The notes under the pieces: generated by a model
Told to the model about the DNA's origin: nothing
Databases searched by the model: none
What the model saw: the letters and a program-made list of their open reading frames with translations, nothing else
In this document: positions 19,095 to 28,783 of the stretch, piece by piece
Layout of the letters: each line of letters begins with the position of its first letter
Numbering within the stretch: the stretch's first letter is position 1
Translations under genes and position numbers: made by a program
Assembly (NCBI GenBank): GCA_028408365.1
Contig: JAOOLD010000002.1
Coordinates: 13,183-77,182 of the forward strand
Direction of reading: 5' to 3'
DNA from: Bacteroidota bacterium
GTDB taxonomy: Bacteria; Bacteroidota; Bacteroidia; Flavobacteriales; BACL11
Length of the DNA: 64,000 nucleotides

Positions 19095-22000
19095 CTATTA
19101 ACTCAATTTTTAATTTGATTGAAATGTTTTCTATTAAATCTAAATTACTATAATTCTCAACTTTTTTAGAAAAACTAATGTTTTCGCAAAGTGTTTCATT
19201 ACAAATATAATTTAAATTATTATTTAAGATATTTCGTATGTTTTCCTCGTCTTGAATTTCAATGTTAATTTTATCTGTTACATCAAGAGACCTTTCTTTT
19301 CTTAAAAGTTGAACTCTATTCACTAACTCTCTTGAGAACCCCTCATTTTTTAAAGTATCATTAATTTTAGTGTCAAGAGCCACAGTAAACTTTGTATTGG
19401 AAATAACAGGAAGCCCTGAATTGTTTTCAGAAATAATTATTATGTCCTCTGCTAATAATGTAATATTTTCTTTAGTTGTTAAACGTTTATTTTTCTCTAG
19501 CAGTTCAATGTTTTTATTATTCAGTTGATTAATTATTGAAATTACTTTTGATATTTTTTCACCATATTTTGGTCCTAAAATCTTAAAATTAGGTTTAATT
19601 TTTTTTGCAAAAAACCCACTTTTTTCATCAATTACTTTTAGTTCTTTTATGTTGGTTTCTTCTTCAATTAAAGTTTTAACTTCCATAATATTTTCATATG
19701 TGAGCTTGTCATTTACCGGTACAAGAGCTCTTGGCAAAGGCTGCCTTACCCTTATTTTTTCTTGTTTACGCAAGGAAAGTATCATTGATGTAATTTCTTG
19801 CGCTATTGACATTTGATTTTCAAGCTTTTCATTTATGATTTCTAATGAAGCATTTGGAAATGATGCAAGATGAACACTTTCAATTTTGTGTCTTTTACTA
19901 ATTTTGTTTAGATCGTTAAATAGGCGATTGCTATAAAAGGGAATAATAGGTGATGAAATTATTGCTATTTTCTCAAGACACTCATATAGTGTATGATAAG
20001 CTGAAATTTTACTATCATTATACTCCCCCTTCCAGAACTTTCTTCTACTTAATCTTACATACCAATTGCTGAGCTTATTTACAACAAAAAATTGGATATC
20101 TCTACAGACTTTAGTTGGTTCAAAAGCGTCAAAGTTTTTAGAAGAATTTAATATTAATGTGTTTAACTCAGAAAGAATCCATTTATCTAATTTATCAAGC
20201 TTTCCAATGTTGAAATTGCTGCCTGTAAACTTAAATTTATCAATATTTGCATATAAAGAAAAGAAGCTATATGTATTAAATAGTGTTCCAAAAAATTTTC
20301 TTTTCACTTCCTCAATACCATTCGTGTTAAACTTTAAATTTTCCCAAGGTTGAGCATTTGAAATCATATACCATCTTGTGGAATCAGCACCATATAGCTT
20401 GATTGTTTCAAATGGGTTGATTGCATTACCAAGTCTTTTTGACATCTTATTTCCCTCTTTGTCCAGAACGAGCCCATTAGAGATTACATTTTTAAAAGCT
20501 ACTGAGTCAAAAATTATTGTCGCAATAGCATGAAGAGTGAAAAACCAACCTCTAGTTTGATCAACGCCTTCAGCAATAAAATCTGCCGGAAAGTTTTCTT
20601 TAAAATAATTATAGTTTTCAAATGGATAATGAAGTTGAGCATAGGGCATTGCTCCGGAGTCAAACCACACATCTATTAAATCTAGCTCCCTAAACAGCCT
20701 TGTTTTTCCATCATCAGTGCACAGCACTATATCATCAACATAGGGCTTATGTAAATCAAAAATATTATAATTCTTGTCAGAAAAATCTCCAATTACAAAT
20801 TCATTTAAAGGGTTGATTTTCATGATTTTAAAGCCTACAGATAAATCTATCTCTTCTTTAAGCTCCTCAATTGAACCAATGCACTTTTCATGTTTTCCGT
20901 CTTTAGACCTCCAGATAGGTATAGGAACCCCCCAATATCTTGATCTTGAAAGATTCCAATCAACTAGGTTTTCAAGCCAATTTCCAAACCTGCCCTCTCC
21001 TGTGGATTTAGGTTTCCAATTAATAGTTTTATTTAAATCGGACATCTTTTTTTTAAAGGCGGTTGTTTTTATAAACCAACTATCAAGAGGGTAGTATAGT
21101 ATTGGCTTATCAGTTCTCCAACAATGAGGATATGAGTGCTCATACTTTTGAACCAAAAAAGCTTTGTTTTCTTTTTTTAATTTGATACTAATTTGTGTAT
21201 CAACATCTAATTTATCTTTTCTTTCTCCCTCTTCGCAGTAAGAGTCCTTAACATATTTTCCCGCAAAATCAGTAACAACTTCCTTGAACTTACCATATTT
21301 ATCTACCAAAGTTAATGAGCCAATATTATTTAGCTTTGCTACATGATTATCATCTGAACCAAATGAAGGCGCAATATGTACAATTCCAGTTCCATCTTCG
21401 GTAGTTACAAAATCTGCAGCTATCACTAAAAATGCATTACCATTTTTCGGCACATCATAGTTCATTAACTGATTATATTTTATACCTATTAAATCAACAC
21501 CTTTAAATTTTCTTAAAATCTTATAAGGAGGTTTTTTTTCGTTGAAAATGAATGAATGCTCTTCATTCGTTTCTTCATATGTAAAATATGATTTATACAA
21601 ATCTTCAGCAATGATTACTGATATTGGTTTTTTAGTATACTTGTTAAAGGTTTTAATTTTTAAATAATCAATTTTTTTACCAACTGCCAGTGCAGTGTTA
21701 GAAGGAAGTGTCCATGGAGTAGTTGTCCATGCAAGTAAAAACATATCTTCATTCTTTTCGAATAAAAAATCACTCAAATCATTTTTGACTATTTTAAACT
21801 GAGCTGTAACAGAAGTGTCTTTAACCATTTTATAACATCCAGGTTGATTCAGCTCATGTGTGCTCAGGCCAGTTCCAGCTTTAGGTGAATATGGTTGTAT
21901 TGTAAAGCCTTTGTATAGCAGGTCTTTTTTGTAGAATTCTTTTAAAAGCCACCAAACACTTTCAATATATTTATTTTCATAGGTTATATAGGGGTTTTCC

Positions 22001-22428
22001 ATATCAACCCAATAACCCATTTCTTTAGTTAGTTGCTCCCAATCTTTTTTATATTTTAAAACATTTTTTCTACATTCTTCATTGTACTCTTTAATGCTTA
22101 TTTTTTCTCCAATATCTTCTTTTGTTATTGACAGCAGCTTTTCAACACTTAGCTCAACAGGAAGACCATGAGTATCCCATCCGGCTTTTCTATCAACGCG
22201 GTAACCTTTTAAAGATTTGAATCGACAAAAAATATCTTTAATTGTTCGCCCCATTACGTGATGAATACCAGGAAGACCGTTAGCTGATGGAGGCCCCTCA
22301 TAGAAAATATATTTTTCATTAGCCTTATTTTTCTCAACGCTTTTAGAAAAAACTTGTAGTTTGTCCATTTCGACAAGCTCTTCTTTATGAATTTTTTGTA
22401 AGTCTAAACTTTTATATTCTTGATACAT
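19078..22428 (-). CDS. ileS: isoleucine--tRNA ligase
   Basis: The HIGH-type motif PSANGLPGIHHVMGR and the KMSKS motif KMSKRLGN are present. The protein is 1116 aa. Confidence 0.95.
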   Translation of the reverse strand: MYQEYKSLDLQKIHKEELVEMDKLQVFSKSVEKNKANEKYIFYEGPPSANGLPGIHHVMGRTIKDIFCRFKSLKGYRVDRKAGWDTHGLPVELSVEKLLSITKEDIGEKISIKEYNEECRKNVLKYKKDWEQLTKEMGYWVDMENPYITYENKYIESVWWLLKEFYKKDLLYKGFTIQPYSPKAGTGLSTHELNQPGCYKMVKDTSVTAQFKIVKNDLSDFLFEKNEDMFLLAWTTTPWTLPSNTALAVGKKIDYLKIKTFNKYTKKPISVIIAEDLYKSYFTYEETNEEHSFIFNEKKPPYKILRKFKGVDLIGIKYNQLMNYDVPKNGNAFLVIAADFVTTEDGTGIVHIAPSFGSDDNHVAKLNNIGSLTLVDKYGKFKEVVTDFAGKYVKDSYCEEGERKDKLDVDTQISIKLKKENKAFLVQKYEHSYPHCWRTDKPILYYPLDSWFIKTTAFKKKMSDLNKTINWKPKSTGEGRFGNWLENLVDWNLSRSRYWGVPIPIWRSKDGKHEKCIGSIEELKEEIDLSVGFKIMKINPLNEFVIGDFSDKNYNIFDLHKPYVDDIVLCTDDGKTRLFRELDLIDVWFDSGAMPYAQLHYPFENYNYFKENFPADFIAEGVDQTRGWFFTLHAIATIIFDSVAFKNVISNGLVLDKEGNKMSKRLGNAINPFETIKLYGADSTRWYMISNAQPWENLKFNTNGIEEVKRKFFGTLFNTYSFFSLYANIDKFKFTGSNFNIGKLDKLDKWILSELNTLILNSSKNFDAFEPTKVCRDIQFFVVNKLSNWYVRLSRRKFWKGEYNDSKISAYHTLYECLEKIAIISSPIIPFYSNRLFNDLNKISKRHKIESVHLASFPNASLEIINEKLENQMSIAQEITSMILSLRKQEKIRVRQPLPRALVPVNDKLTYENIMEVKTLIEEETNIKELKVIDEKSGFFAKKIKPNFKILGPKYGEKISKVISIINQLNNKNIELLEKNKRLTTKENITLLAEDIIIISENNSGLPVISNTKFTVALDTKINDTLKNEGFSRELVNRVQLLRKERSLDVTDKINIEIQDEENIRNILNNNLNYICNETLCENISFSKKVENYSNLDLIENISIKLKIELIDVKKK

Positions 22429-22448
22429 TTTAGTTTCTTATAAGTATG

Positions 22449-22478
22449 CAAATATATACTTTGCTTCCAATTTAACAA
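22449..22478 (-). promoter_or_regulatory. Bacteroidota sigma-A type promoter for ileS (TTG-N19-TATATTTG)
   Basis: The minus strand reads TTGttaaattggaagcaaagtaTATATTTG. The -7 box ends 20 nt before the ileS ATG at 22428. Confidence 0.45.
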
Positions 22479-22488
22479 TAGCTAATTT

Positions 22489-23319
22489 TTACAACAGATT
22501 ATTTAAAATTAACCTAATGTCTTCAAGATAGCTTTTTCCAAAAAGTTTTGCATGCACAAGAAGCGGGTATATTTTTAATATTTCTATTCTTTCATTTGAT
22601 TTACTATTTTTAGGAGCATAGTAGTAATATGATTCATAAAAAGCCTTGTCAAACCCACCAAACAATTTGCTCATTGCAATATCAGTTTCGCTGTACCCAT
22701 AGTAAACAGATGGATCAAATAAACCAATTTCATTATTTTCACAAAACATAAAATTATTGGCCCACAAGTCACCATGAAGCAAGCATGGCCTCATATTGTT
22801 GTCAAAAAACTCGTCTAGTTTCAGCATAAGCTTTTCTAATTTATTAACTATTTTTTTATCATAATCCATACCCTTAATCAAAGGATTGATTCTATTATTT
22901 ATATAAAAGTCACACCACTTGTCATAAAACAAATTTTTTTGATTTAAAGTGCCTATATAATTATCACTATTTAGCCCAAACTTTAAACCATAACTAGAGT
23001 GTAACTGCGCTAAATTTTCTCCAAATTTTCTCCAACATTTTTCGCCCCCAGCTTGAAGAAACTCAAGAACTAAATATTTTTTATTAACAGTTAAAACTTT
23101 TGGAACTTTGAAAGAGCTCGATGCGCTCAACAATGACAGTCCATCAGCTTCTTTTTTAAAAAAATCATCGTTTACATTTTCATTGTATTTGATAAAATAA
23201 TTTCCTTGGCTTGTTGTAATTTTAAGGCAAGAGTTGATACAACCACCATTTAAGTATTCATACGATAGAACCTCAACATTGAGCTCATCATTTAAATTTT
23301 TGATAATTTTTTTTTCGAT
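22489..23319 (-). CDS. fructosamine/ketosamine kinase family protein, start codon unresolved
   Basis: The catalytic-loop motif LLHGDLWANN is present. The frame is open to TAA 23323-23325, and the upstream 63 codons encode the expected glycine loop (YLNGG) and Lys strand (YFIKY). There is no ATG/GTG/TTG before TTG 23133. ATC 23319 is taken as the provisional start. Confidence 0.6.
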   Translation of the reverse strand: MEKKIIKNLNDELNVEVLSYEYLNGGCINSCLKITTSQGNYFIKYNENVNDDFFKKEADGLSLLSASSSFKVPKVLTVNKKYLVLEFLQAGGEKCWRKFGENLAQLHSSYGLKFGLNSDNYIGTLNQKNLFYDKWCDFYINNRINPLIKGMDYDKKIVNKLEKLMLKLDEFFDNNMRPCLLHGDLWANNFMFCENNEIGLFDPSVYYGYSETDIAMSKLFGGFDKAFYESYYYYAPKNSKSNERIEILKIYPLLVHAKLFGKSYLEDIRLILNNLL

Positions 23320-23325
23320 TTGTTA

Positions 23326-26300
23326 TTACCTTACAATTAACAAGCTGTTTGTTTTATTGTACTTCCAGCCATTAACATCTTGGTAGTAGAGCTCATAAAT
23401 ATAGATGCCCATCGGAACTTTATTTCCATTTAAGTCTTTTCCGTTCCATCCACTAATACTTGTACTGCTACACTTAAGATAACTAATGTCATTAGTAGAA
23501 TAAACCAGCTCGCTATTTTTATTGTAAAGATTAAACACAAAAGTATTCTCTCTTATTCCCCCGTAACTAATACAAAATCTATCGTTTACACCATCAAGAT
23601 CTGGAGTGAATGCATTTGGTATATATATCCATGATTCTTCTTGATACCACAAATACTTCGAGCTAGTGTCTCTACACCCGTTTTCAGCCTCAACAATTAA
23701 TGATATTTGATAAACACTGTTGGAGTCAGAGTAAGTATGAGTTGGATTTAGATCATACTGGTTTGGTGAATTATCTCCAAAATTCCAGATTCTGCTTGTA
23801 ATATAACCACTTGATTGATCATACAATTGTGTTGTAAGATTTAGATTTGTTATTGTATCAGGACTAACTGTAAAGCTCGCGGTTGGTGCTGGCTTAATTG
23901 TTACAATTGCTTGCCCACTGACATTTCCTTGCTCATTAGCATCAAAATAAGAAACTAGATCATATATACCTTCAGTTTTAGTAGAGATAAAATAGAATGG
24001 ATTCATAGTAGTGACGCTTGGCTGTGTATCTCCATTTATGCTGTAAGTAAAAGTATGAGGAGCGACACCATTAAATGAAAAATTAATTTCAGCATTTGTT
24101 TTAGCATTTTCACAAATAGTATCGTTACCAGAAATAAATGCACTTATTGTTGGTAATTCAAAAATATTTAAAGTGATTGTGTCATTATAAAGTACATAGA
24201 ACGAATTATTTATACTTGATGTTCCGTTGTTGAGATAATTACTATCAGAAACCCAAGATAAAAATGAATAAAGCGGATCTATATTGGCGTTAATATCAAC
24301 AGTATCATTTAGCAAGAATGTTTCTGTGTAAGGAAAATTAACAATGTTATTTCCATTAACGCTAAGCGAAGTATTTGTTCCAGCAGGACCTATGTTGAAA
24401 ACAATATCTTTTGTGGGTATCGGAGCAATAAAGTTGGCAATTACTGTAACATCGCCTTGAAGGTCCAAAACCAGAGTATCTATATTTGGATCATATGTGT
24501 AAATCCCACTTGGAACAATATCCCAATTTTGAAAGTTTCCACTCTTTACTTCAAATGGTAACTTAACCCCCCCAAATCTTTGATCGTTCCAAGGAGTATT
24601 TCCATCGTTAATAAAGTTATTGTTACTCATTTCAACCTCTCCTTGGCCAAGAATTTCAACAGTAACGTCATAGGGCCCGGAAATTGCAGGCTGATAACAC
24701 GGTACAAAACCAACATTCATTGTTGAACATCTTTGATTAATAAAGTTTCTTAAGTCTTGTACATTTTGTTGCCAAGTAGAGTATGACCCACCCCAACGAG
24801 CAATTTGAGCTGGCATTTCAGGATCAATAACATTAATCATGCTGTCTAGAACATCAATCATGTTTGCACATGAAAGGTGTCCGTTTGCTAAGTCTTGCCA
24901 TCGGTTTAAGTAATCATCAAAAAAATCTTCATTTGTTATAAGTGCATTCCAAATCGGTATGTGTCCTTGCCCTCCCGGGTCATTAAGACTGCTTGGGTCA
25001 CATGGATCTGCATTTACGGATTGTGTTGGAATACCTGTGTAATTTGTACCATGATCAAATGTATTGTCCATGTCCCACAAGGTATATCTCCATTTCTTTT
25101 TTTCTCCCGACTGTGCCATACCTCTCCACCAAGCCGTATTCCAGTTTAGCCAATCTGCACAAACAACATATGAGTTAAGTAAGAAATAGTCAATTAAACT
25201 ACCAGTATTGAACTGGCTTTTTACAGTCGTATAGTTTGCTGCATTGTTCATTGGGTTTGAGAGGATATAGTTTTTGAGGTTGTCCCAGTCAGTCTGGGCT
25301 TGAGGCCCTCCATATTCAACCCAAGTTCCTCCCCAGGTTTTTAAAAATTGAATACTGTCTTTTTCCTGGTCATAATAGTGATCTGTAAAGTCATGGTCAT
25401 CAACTTTTTCTCTAATTTCATATACACCCCAATATCTTCCATTCATGTATAAGATACAGTTTGATGAAGACCTTTCATCCATCCTTAAATCAGAAATTTG
25501 AGATAAATGTTGAATATAAGCATCTCTAATGTGAGCCCCCGAACCTCCAAATGAGGCAGGGTAATTATCATTTGCAGCCGCTTTAACAATAACCCTTTGA
25601 TACTCGTCACGGTCTTTTGTATAAAACAAATCATCTTTTAACGCATAGTTATAACCAAACTGATCTCTCATAACGTAATCAAAACCTCTTTGATCGTAAG
25701 CCCATGAATCATTACCATGTTTATTAAAATCACCAGTTCCTTTATCAATTAATACTCCTTGAGCATTAAACCATTCAACAGTTCCATAAGGCTCATGAGG
25801 TATTCCGTTCCACCAACTACCAGTATTTTGCACACCATCTTCAATCAAAACATCTACGCTATCTCCAGAAATAGATAGAATAGGAATTGTGTGATTATCG
25901 TTTATGAAATATGTTGCATATTCTGTAAAACTAGCTGGAACATTTGCCAAAGGACTTACGCTTATTGCTTTTAGAACTGAGGTAGTTGTTAGCATTATTG
26001 GAAAGTTGTAAACAGATGAGTTAATAGTTGGCTGATCACCATTTGTTGTGTAATAGATAGTGGCATTTGGATTGTTAGTTGTGATTGAGATGTTCACTGA
26101 TCCAGTGTAGTATCCGGCAGCTTGTGAAAAAGAGGGTTTTTCACTATACTCTAATTGTGCATTAAAGTTATTAGCTGATGGAGTTGGAGTTGTAAAAACT
26201 GACCAATTTGTTGAGCCATTGGTTTCTCTTCCTCTAGAGTGAGAAGTAAGGTTAGGAACTAAATCAACAGAATCAACAATTATTCCGGCAGGATCTGAAA

Positions 26301-26652
26301 GAATAATTTTCTCATTATTTTTAGTTTGTGTGAGCTTAAAATTTGTGTGAGCATCATTTCCAATGATTTCATCTCTGCTTGAGCAAAATATCACTGCGAC
26401 TCCATTTGCAGGAATAATAAAAGATGAGGTAAAATTCCACTTCATAGGATTAGACGCTCTATCAGAAAGGTACCATCCATTTAAATCAACACTATTGCTA
26501 GAAGAATTATATAGTTCAATCCAGTCCTCATATTCATTATAATTATCTAAGTATGAGTCAAAGTTAGCAGCTGAGTATTCATTTATTAAAACTTGGGCTC
26601 TTGAAAATGATATAACAAACATCAGTAAAAAAATAATTTGTATTCTTTTCAT
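23326..26652 (-). CDS. secreted CotH kinase family protein with N-terminal lamin-tail domain, PKD domain and T9SS type-B C-terminal sorting domain
   Basis: It has a signal peptide. LINEYSA...DWIELYN...GWYLSD indicates a lamin-tail domain (LTD). YMNGRYWGVYEIREKVDDH marks the CotH region. FGDNSP...THTY marks a PKD domain. IPNAFTPDLDGVNDRFCI marks a gliding-motility-associated C-terminal sorting domain (CTD). Confidence 0.75.
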   Translation of the reverse strand: MKRIQIIFLLMFVISFSRAQVLINEYSAANFDSYLDNYNEYEDWIELYNSSSNSVDLNGWYLSDRASNPMKWNFTSSFIIPANGVAVIFCSSRDEIIGNDAHTNFKLTQTKNNEKIILSDPAGIIVDSVDLVPNLTSHSRGRETNGSTNWSVFTTPTPSANNFNAQLEYSEKPSFSQAAGYYTGSVNISITTNNPNATIYYTTNGDQPTINSSVYNFPIMLTTTSVLKAISVSPLANVPASFTEYATYFINDNHTIPILSISGDSVDVLIEDGVQNTGSWWNGIPHEPYGTVEWFNAQGVLIDKGTGDFNKHGNDSWAYDQRGFDYVMRDQFGYNYALKDDLFYTKDRDEYQRVIVKAAANDNYPASFGGSGAHIRDAYIQHLSQISDLRMDERSSSNCILYMNGRYWGVYEIREKVDDHDFTDHYYDQEKDSIQFLKTWGGTWVEYGGPQAQTDWDNLKNYILSNPMNNAANYTTVKSQFNTGSLIDYFLLNSYVVCADWLNWNTAWWRGMAQSGEKKKWRYTLWDMDNTFDHGTNYTGIPTQSVNADPCDPSSLNDPGGQGHIPIWNALITNEDFFDDYLNRWQDLANGHLSCANMIDVLDSMINVIDPEMPAQIARWGGSYSTWQQNVQDLRNFINQRCSTMNVGFVPCYQPAISGPYDVTVEILGQGEVEMSNNNFINDGNTPWNDQRFGGVKLPFEVKSGNFQNWDIVPSGIYTYDPNIDTLVLDLQGDVTVIANFIAPIPTKDIVFNIGPAGTNTSLSVNGNNIVNFPYTETFLLNDTVDINANIDPLYSFLSWVSDSNYLNNGTSSINNSFYVLYNDTITLNIFELPTISAFISGNDTICENAKTNAEINFSFNGVAPHTFTYSINGDTQPSVTTMNPFYFISTKTEGIYDLVSYFDANEQGNVSGQAIVTIKPAPTASFTVSPDTITNLNLTTQLYDQSSGYITSRIWNFGDNSPNQYDLNPTHTYSDSNSVYQISLIVEAENGCRDTSSKYLWYQEESWIYIPNAFTPDLDGVNDRFCISYGGIRENTFVFNLYNKNSELVYSTNDISYLKCSSTSISGWNGKDLNGNKVPMGIYIYELYYQDVNGWKYNKTNSLLIVR

Positions 26653-26733
26653 ATGTGCAAAAGTAAGAAATACTTGAGAAACTATTTTCTAAATAGGCCA
26701 ATTTGATAAAATGTTATTTCTAATTTTGTCTTG

Positions 26734-28128
26734 ATGAAAGAAAAAAACAATATTAGTAAAGACCTTTTGCAATTTGTTAAAGTTGTTAATGAGCTAATCT
26801 CAAGCGAAAACAATGAGCTAGTATTTAAAGAGCCAGAGGAACTTCTAAAGGCTGTCGACATAAGTCTTGGTGATAGCCCAACTGATGACACAGAATTTTA
26901 TCAACTCTTAAAAGAAGTTATAAAAGAAACCCCAAAAACATCATCTAACAGATTTTTTAATCAACTATTTGGAGGCAGACATAGTAAATCTGTAATAGGA
27001 GATCTTCTTGCGGTTTTATTAAATAACAGCATGGCAACATACAAAATCTCAGGAATACAAACTTTGATTGAAAAACAGATTTTAGAAGAAGTCAGAAAAA
27101 AAATTAAATATCCCTCAGATTATGGAGGGACTTTCCCAACTGGAGGGTCAATGAGTAACTTCATGACATTAGTTGCAGCAAGAGACCGGATTAGTAATCA
27201 TAGAATTGATGGTGAATCAAAAAAAAGGCTTATAATTTACTGTTCAGAAACAGCACACTATTCAATTAAAAAAAATGTTTCTTTTTCAGGAATTGGAATT
27301 AATAACATTAGATTTATTTCTGTTGATAATAGTGGAGAAATGAATTGTAAGGAGCTAGAAGCCAGCATTAAAATTGATTTAAAAAACAATTTATGTCCTT
27401 TTTATGTTAATGCTACAGCTGGAGCTACAGTATTAGGGTCATTTGATAATTTTGATGAAATCTCGAAAATATGTAAAAAATATAATTTGTGGTTGCATAT
27501 TGATGGTGCTTTTGGAGGGTCATTAATTTTTTCTAAACTACACAATGAACTCTTGAGGGGAATAGAAAAATCAGATTCATTTTGCTTTAATGCTCATAAA
27601 ACCTTAGGAGCCCCACTAAGTTGTTCTATTTTATTATTTAAAAATGATCAAGACTTATTGCGCTCTTTTGATACAGATGCCAATTATTTGTTCCAAACAC
27701 ATAATGACAAATTTAATTTAGGGAAGACATCTTTGGAGTGTGGAAGAAGAAATAATGCATTAAAATTTTGGACACTATGGAAAAGTATAGGCACTATTGG
27801 AATACAAAACATTGTAGAAAAACAACTTTTAATTTCAAATAAAATTAAAAAATATTTATCTGAAAAATCAGAGTACAAGCTCATAGGTCCAAGATACTCA
27901 CTACCAATCTGTTTTACCTATAAGAATATCGACTCTGTTGATTTATGTAATCAGCTTTATTACTCTAACAGGTTAATGGTTAGTTACGGATCTCATGCAC
28001 AAAAAACATTTGTAAGGCTAGTTAATGTAAACTCTCAAAATGGTATAGAAGAGGTTAAAAACTTCTTTAAAATTATGGAAGATTTTGTTGAGGAAAATTA
28101 TCAGCGTCTCAAAAAGATTAGTAATTAA
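26734..28128 (+). CDS. group II PLP-dependent amino-acid decarboxylase, GAD/CSAD-like clade
   Basis: Motifs FFNQLFGG, GGSMSNF, HIDGAFGG and the PLP-lysine motif NAHK are present. I prefer ATG 26734 over TTG 26731. Confidence 0.8.
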   Translation: MKEKNNISKDLLQFVKVVNELISSENNELVFKEPEELLKAVDISLGDSPTDDTEFYQLLKEVIKETPKTSSNRFFNQLFGGRHSKSVIGDLLAVLLNNSMATYKISGIQTLIEKQILEEVRKKIKYPSDYGGTFPTGGSMSNFMTLVAARDRISNHRIDGESKKRLIIYCSETAHYSIKKNVSFSGIGINNIRFISVDNSGEMNCKELEASIKIDLKNNLCPFYVNATAGATVLGSFDNFDEISKICKKYNLWLHIDGAFGGSLIFSKLHNELLRGIEKSDSFCFNAHKTLGAPLSCSILLFKNDQDLLRSFDTDANYLFQTHNDKFNLGKTSLECGRRNNALKFWTLWKSIGTIGIQNIVEKQLLISNKIKKYLSEKSEYKLIGPRYSLPICFTYKNIDSVDLCNQLYYSNRLMVSYGSHAQKTFVRLVNVNSQNGIEEVKNFFKIMEDFVEENYQRLKKISN

Positions 28129-28781
28129 TGCAAAACGGTACAATAATAGTATTGGCATGGCCTGAGGGCATGGTAAAAAATGCTGATTCCTGGTATGATT
28201 TTTTTCTGTCAAAAAACGGAATGTACAGAGTTGGACACTCAGCAATTATTTTAATTAACAATGAATTAGAAGTTGTAAATTATTTTGATTTTGGAAGATA
28301 CCACACTCTAAATGGATTTGGAAGAGTAAGAGATGAAGTTACTGACCCCGATTTAAAAATTTTAACAAAACCAAAAATTAAAAATAACAAGCTAACAAAT
28401 CTGCATTCAATTTTGTTGGAAACAGCGGATAAAAAATCAACTCACGGAAAAGGTAAAATGTATGCTTCAGTAATGAAAAACGTAAGTTTTACAAAGTCTT
28501 ACAATTGTGCAAAAAAAATACAAAAAAAAGATATGATTGTTTATGGCCCCTTAAATATCTTTGGAACCAATTGCTCTAGATTTGTTTCAAAAATAATGTT
28601 TAAATCTCTAAACTTTTCATTTAAAAAGTTAAGACTATTCTTACCAATAACTATTTCTCCATCACCTAAAAGAAATGTTTGCATTGGCAATAAAGATTAT
28701 TATGTCATTGAAAACAAAAAAATAAAGACAATAAAAAAATCATTTCTTAAGTCTTATTTTACAAGTATTGAAAACTATTAG
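28128..28781 (+). CDS. hypothetical protein, candidate permuted papain-fold (His...Cys) thiol enzyme
   Basis: The ATG overlaps the decarboxylase stop (TAATG). The motifs RVGHSAII, FDFGRYH and GTNCSRFVSKI resemble PPPDE/LRAT-type His-then-Cys enzymes. This is a by-eye comparison only. Confidence 0.4.
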   Translation: MQNGTIIVLAWPEGMVKNADSWYDFFLSKNGMYRVGHSAIILINNELEVVNYFDFGRYHTLNGFGRVRDEVTDPDLKILTKPKIKNNKLTNLHSILLETADKKSTHGKGKMYASVMKNVSFTKSYNCAKKIQKKDMIVYGPLNIFGTNCSRFVSKIMFKSLNFSFKKLRLFLPITISPSPKRNVCIGNKDYYVIENKKIKTIKKSFLKSYFTSIENY

Positions 28782-28783
28782 CC

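Noticed and set aside
20066-21094. Plus-strand ORFs (95 and 106 aa) inside ileS
   Set aside because: They lie antisense to ileS and have no motifs. The same reasoning applies to other track ORFs nested in confirmed genes. These are at 4808-4993, 7794-7985, 8665-8946, 10097-10312, 10754-10993, 11173-11430, 12319-12549, 12989-13279, 13673-13855, 16770-17082, 24961-25178, 26682-26891, 27684-27884, 28018-28245, 32327-32572, 32950-33162, 35070-35285, 35583-36049, 39360-39890, 43550-43735, 44501-44713, 45724-46011, 48115-48330, 49034-49349, 53058-53279, 54133-54530, 55083-55292, 56430-56684, 58655-58918, 59076-59261 and 61925-62113.
23320-23331. Stop-codon read-through or fusion of CotH with the downstream fructosamine kinase (same frame, TAA-TAA)
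   Set aside because: Two consecutive TAA codons make read-through very unlikely. The CotH protein also ends in a T9SS sorting domain that must be C-terminal and is cleaved on export. The shared frame is most simply coincidence. The same applies to the TAA-TAA between purQ and its relic.
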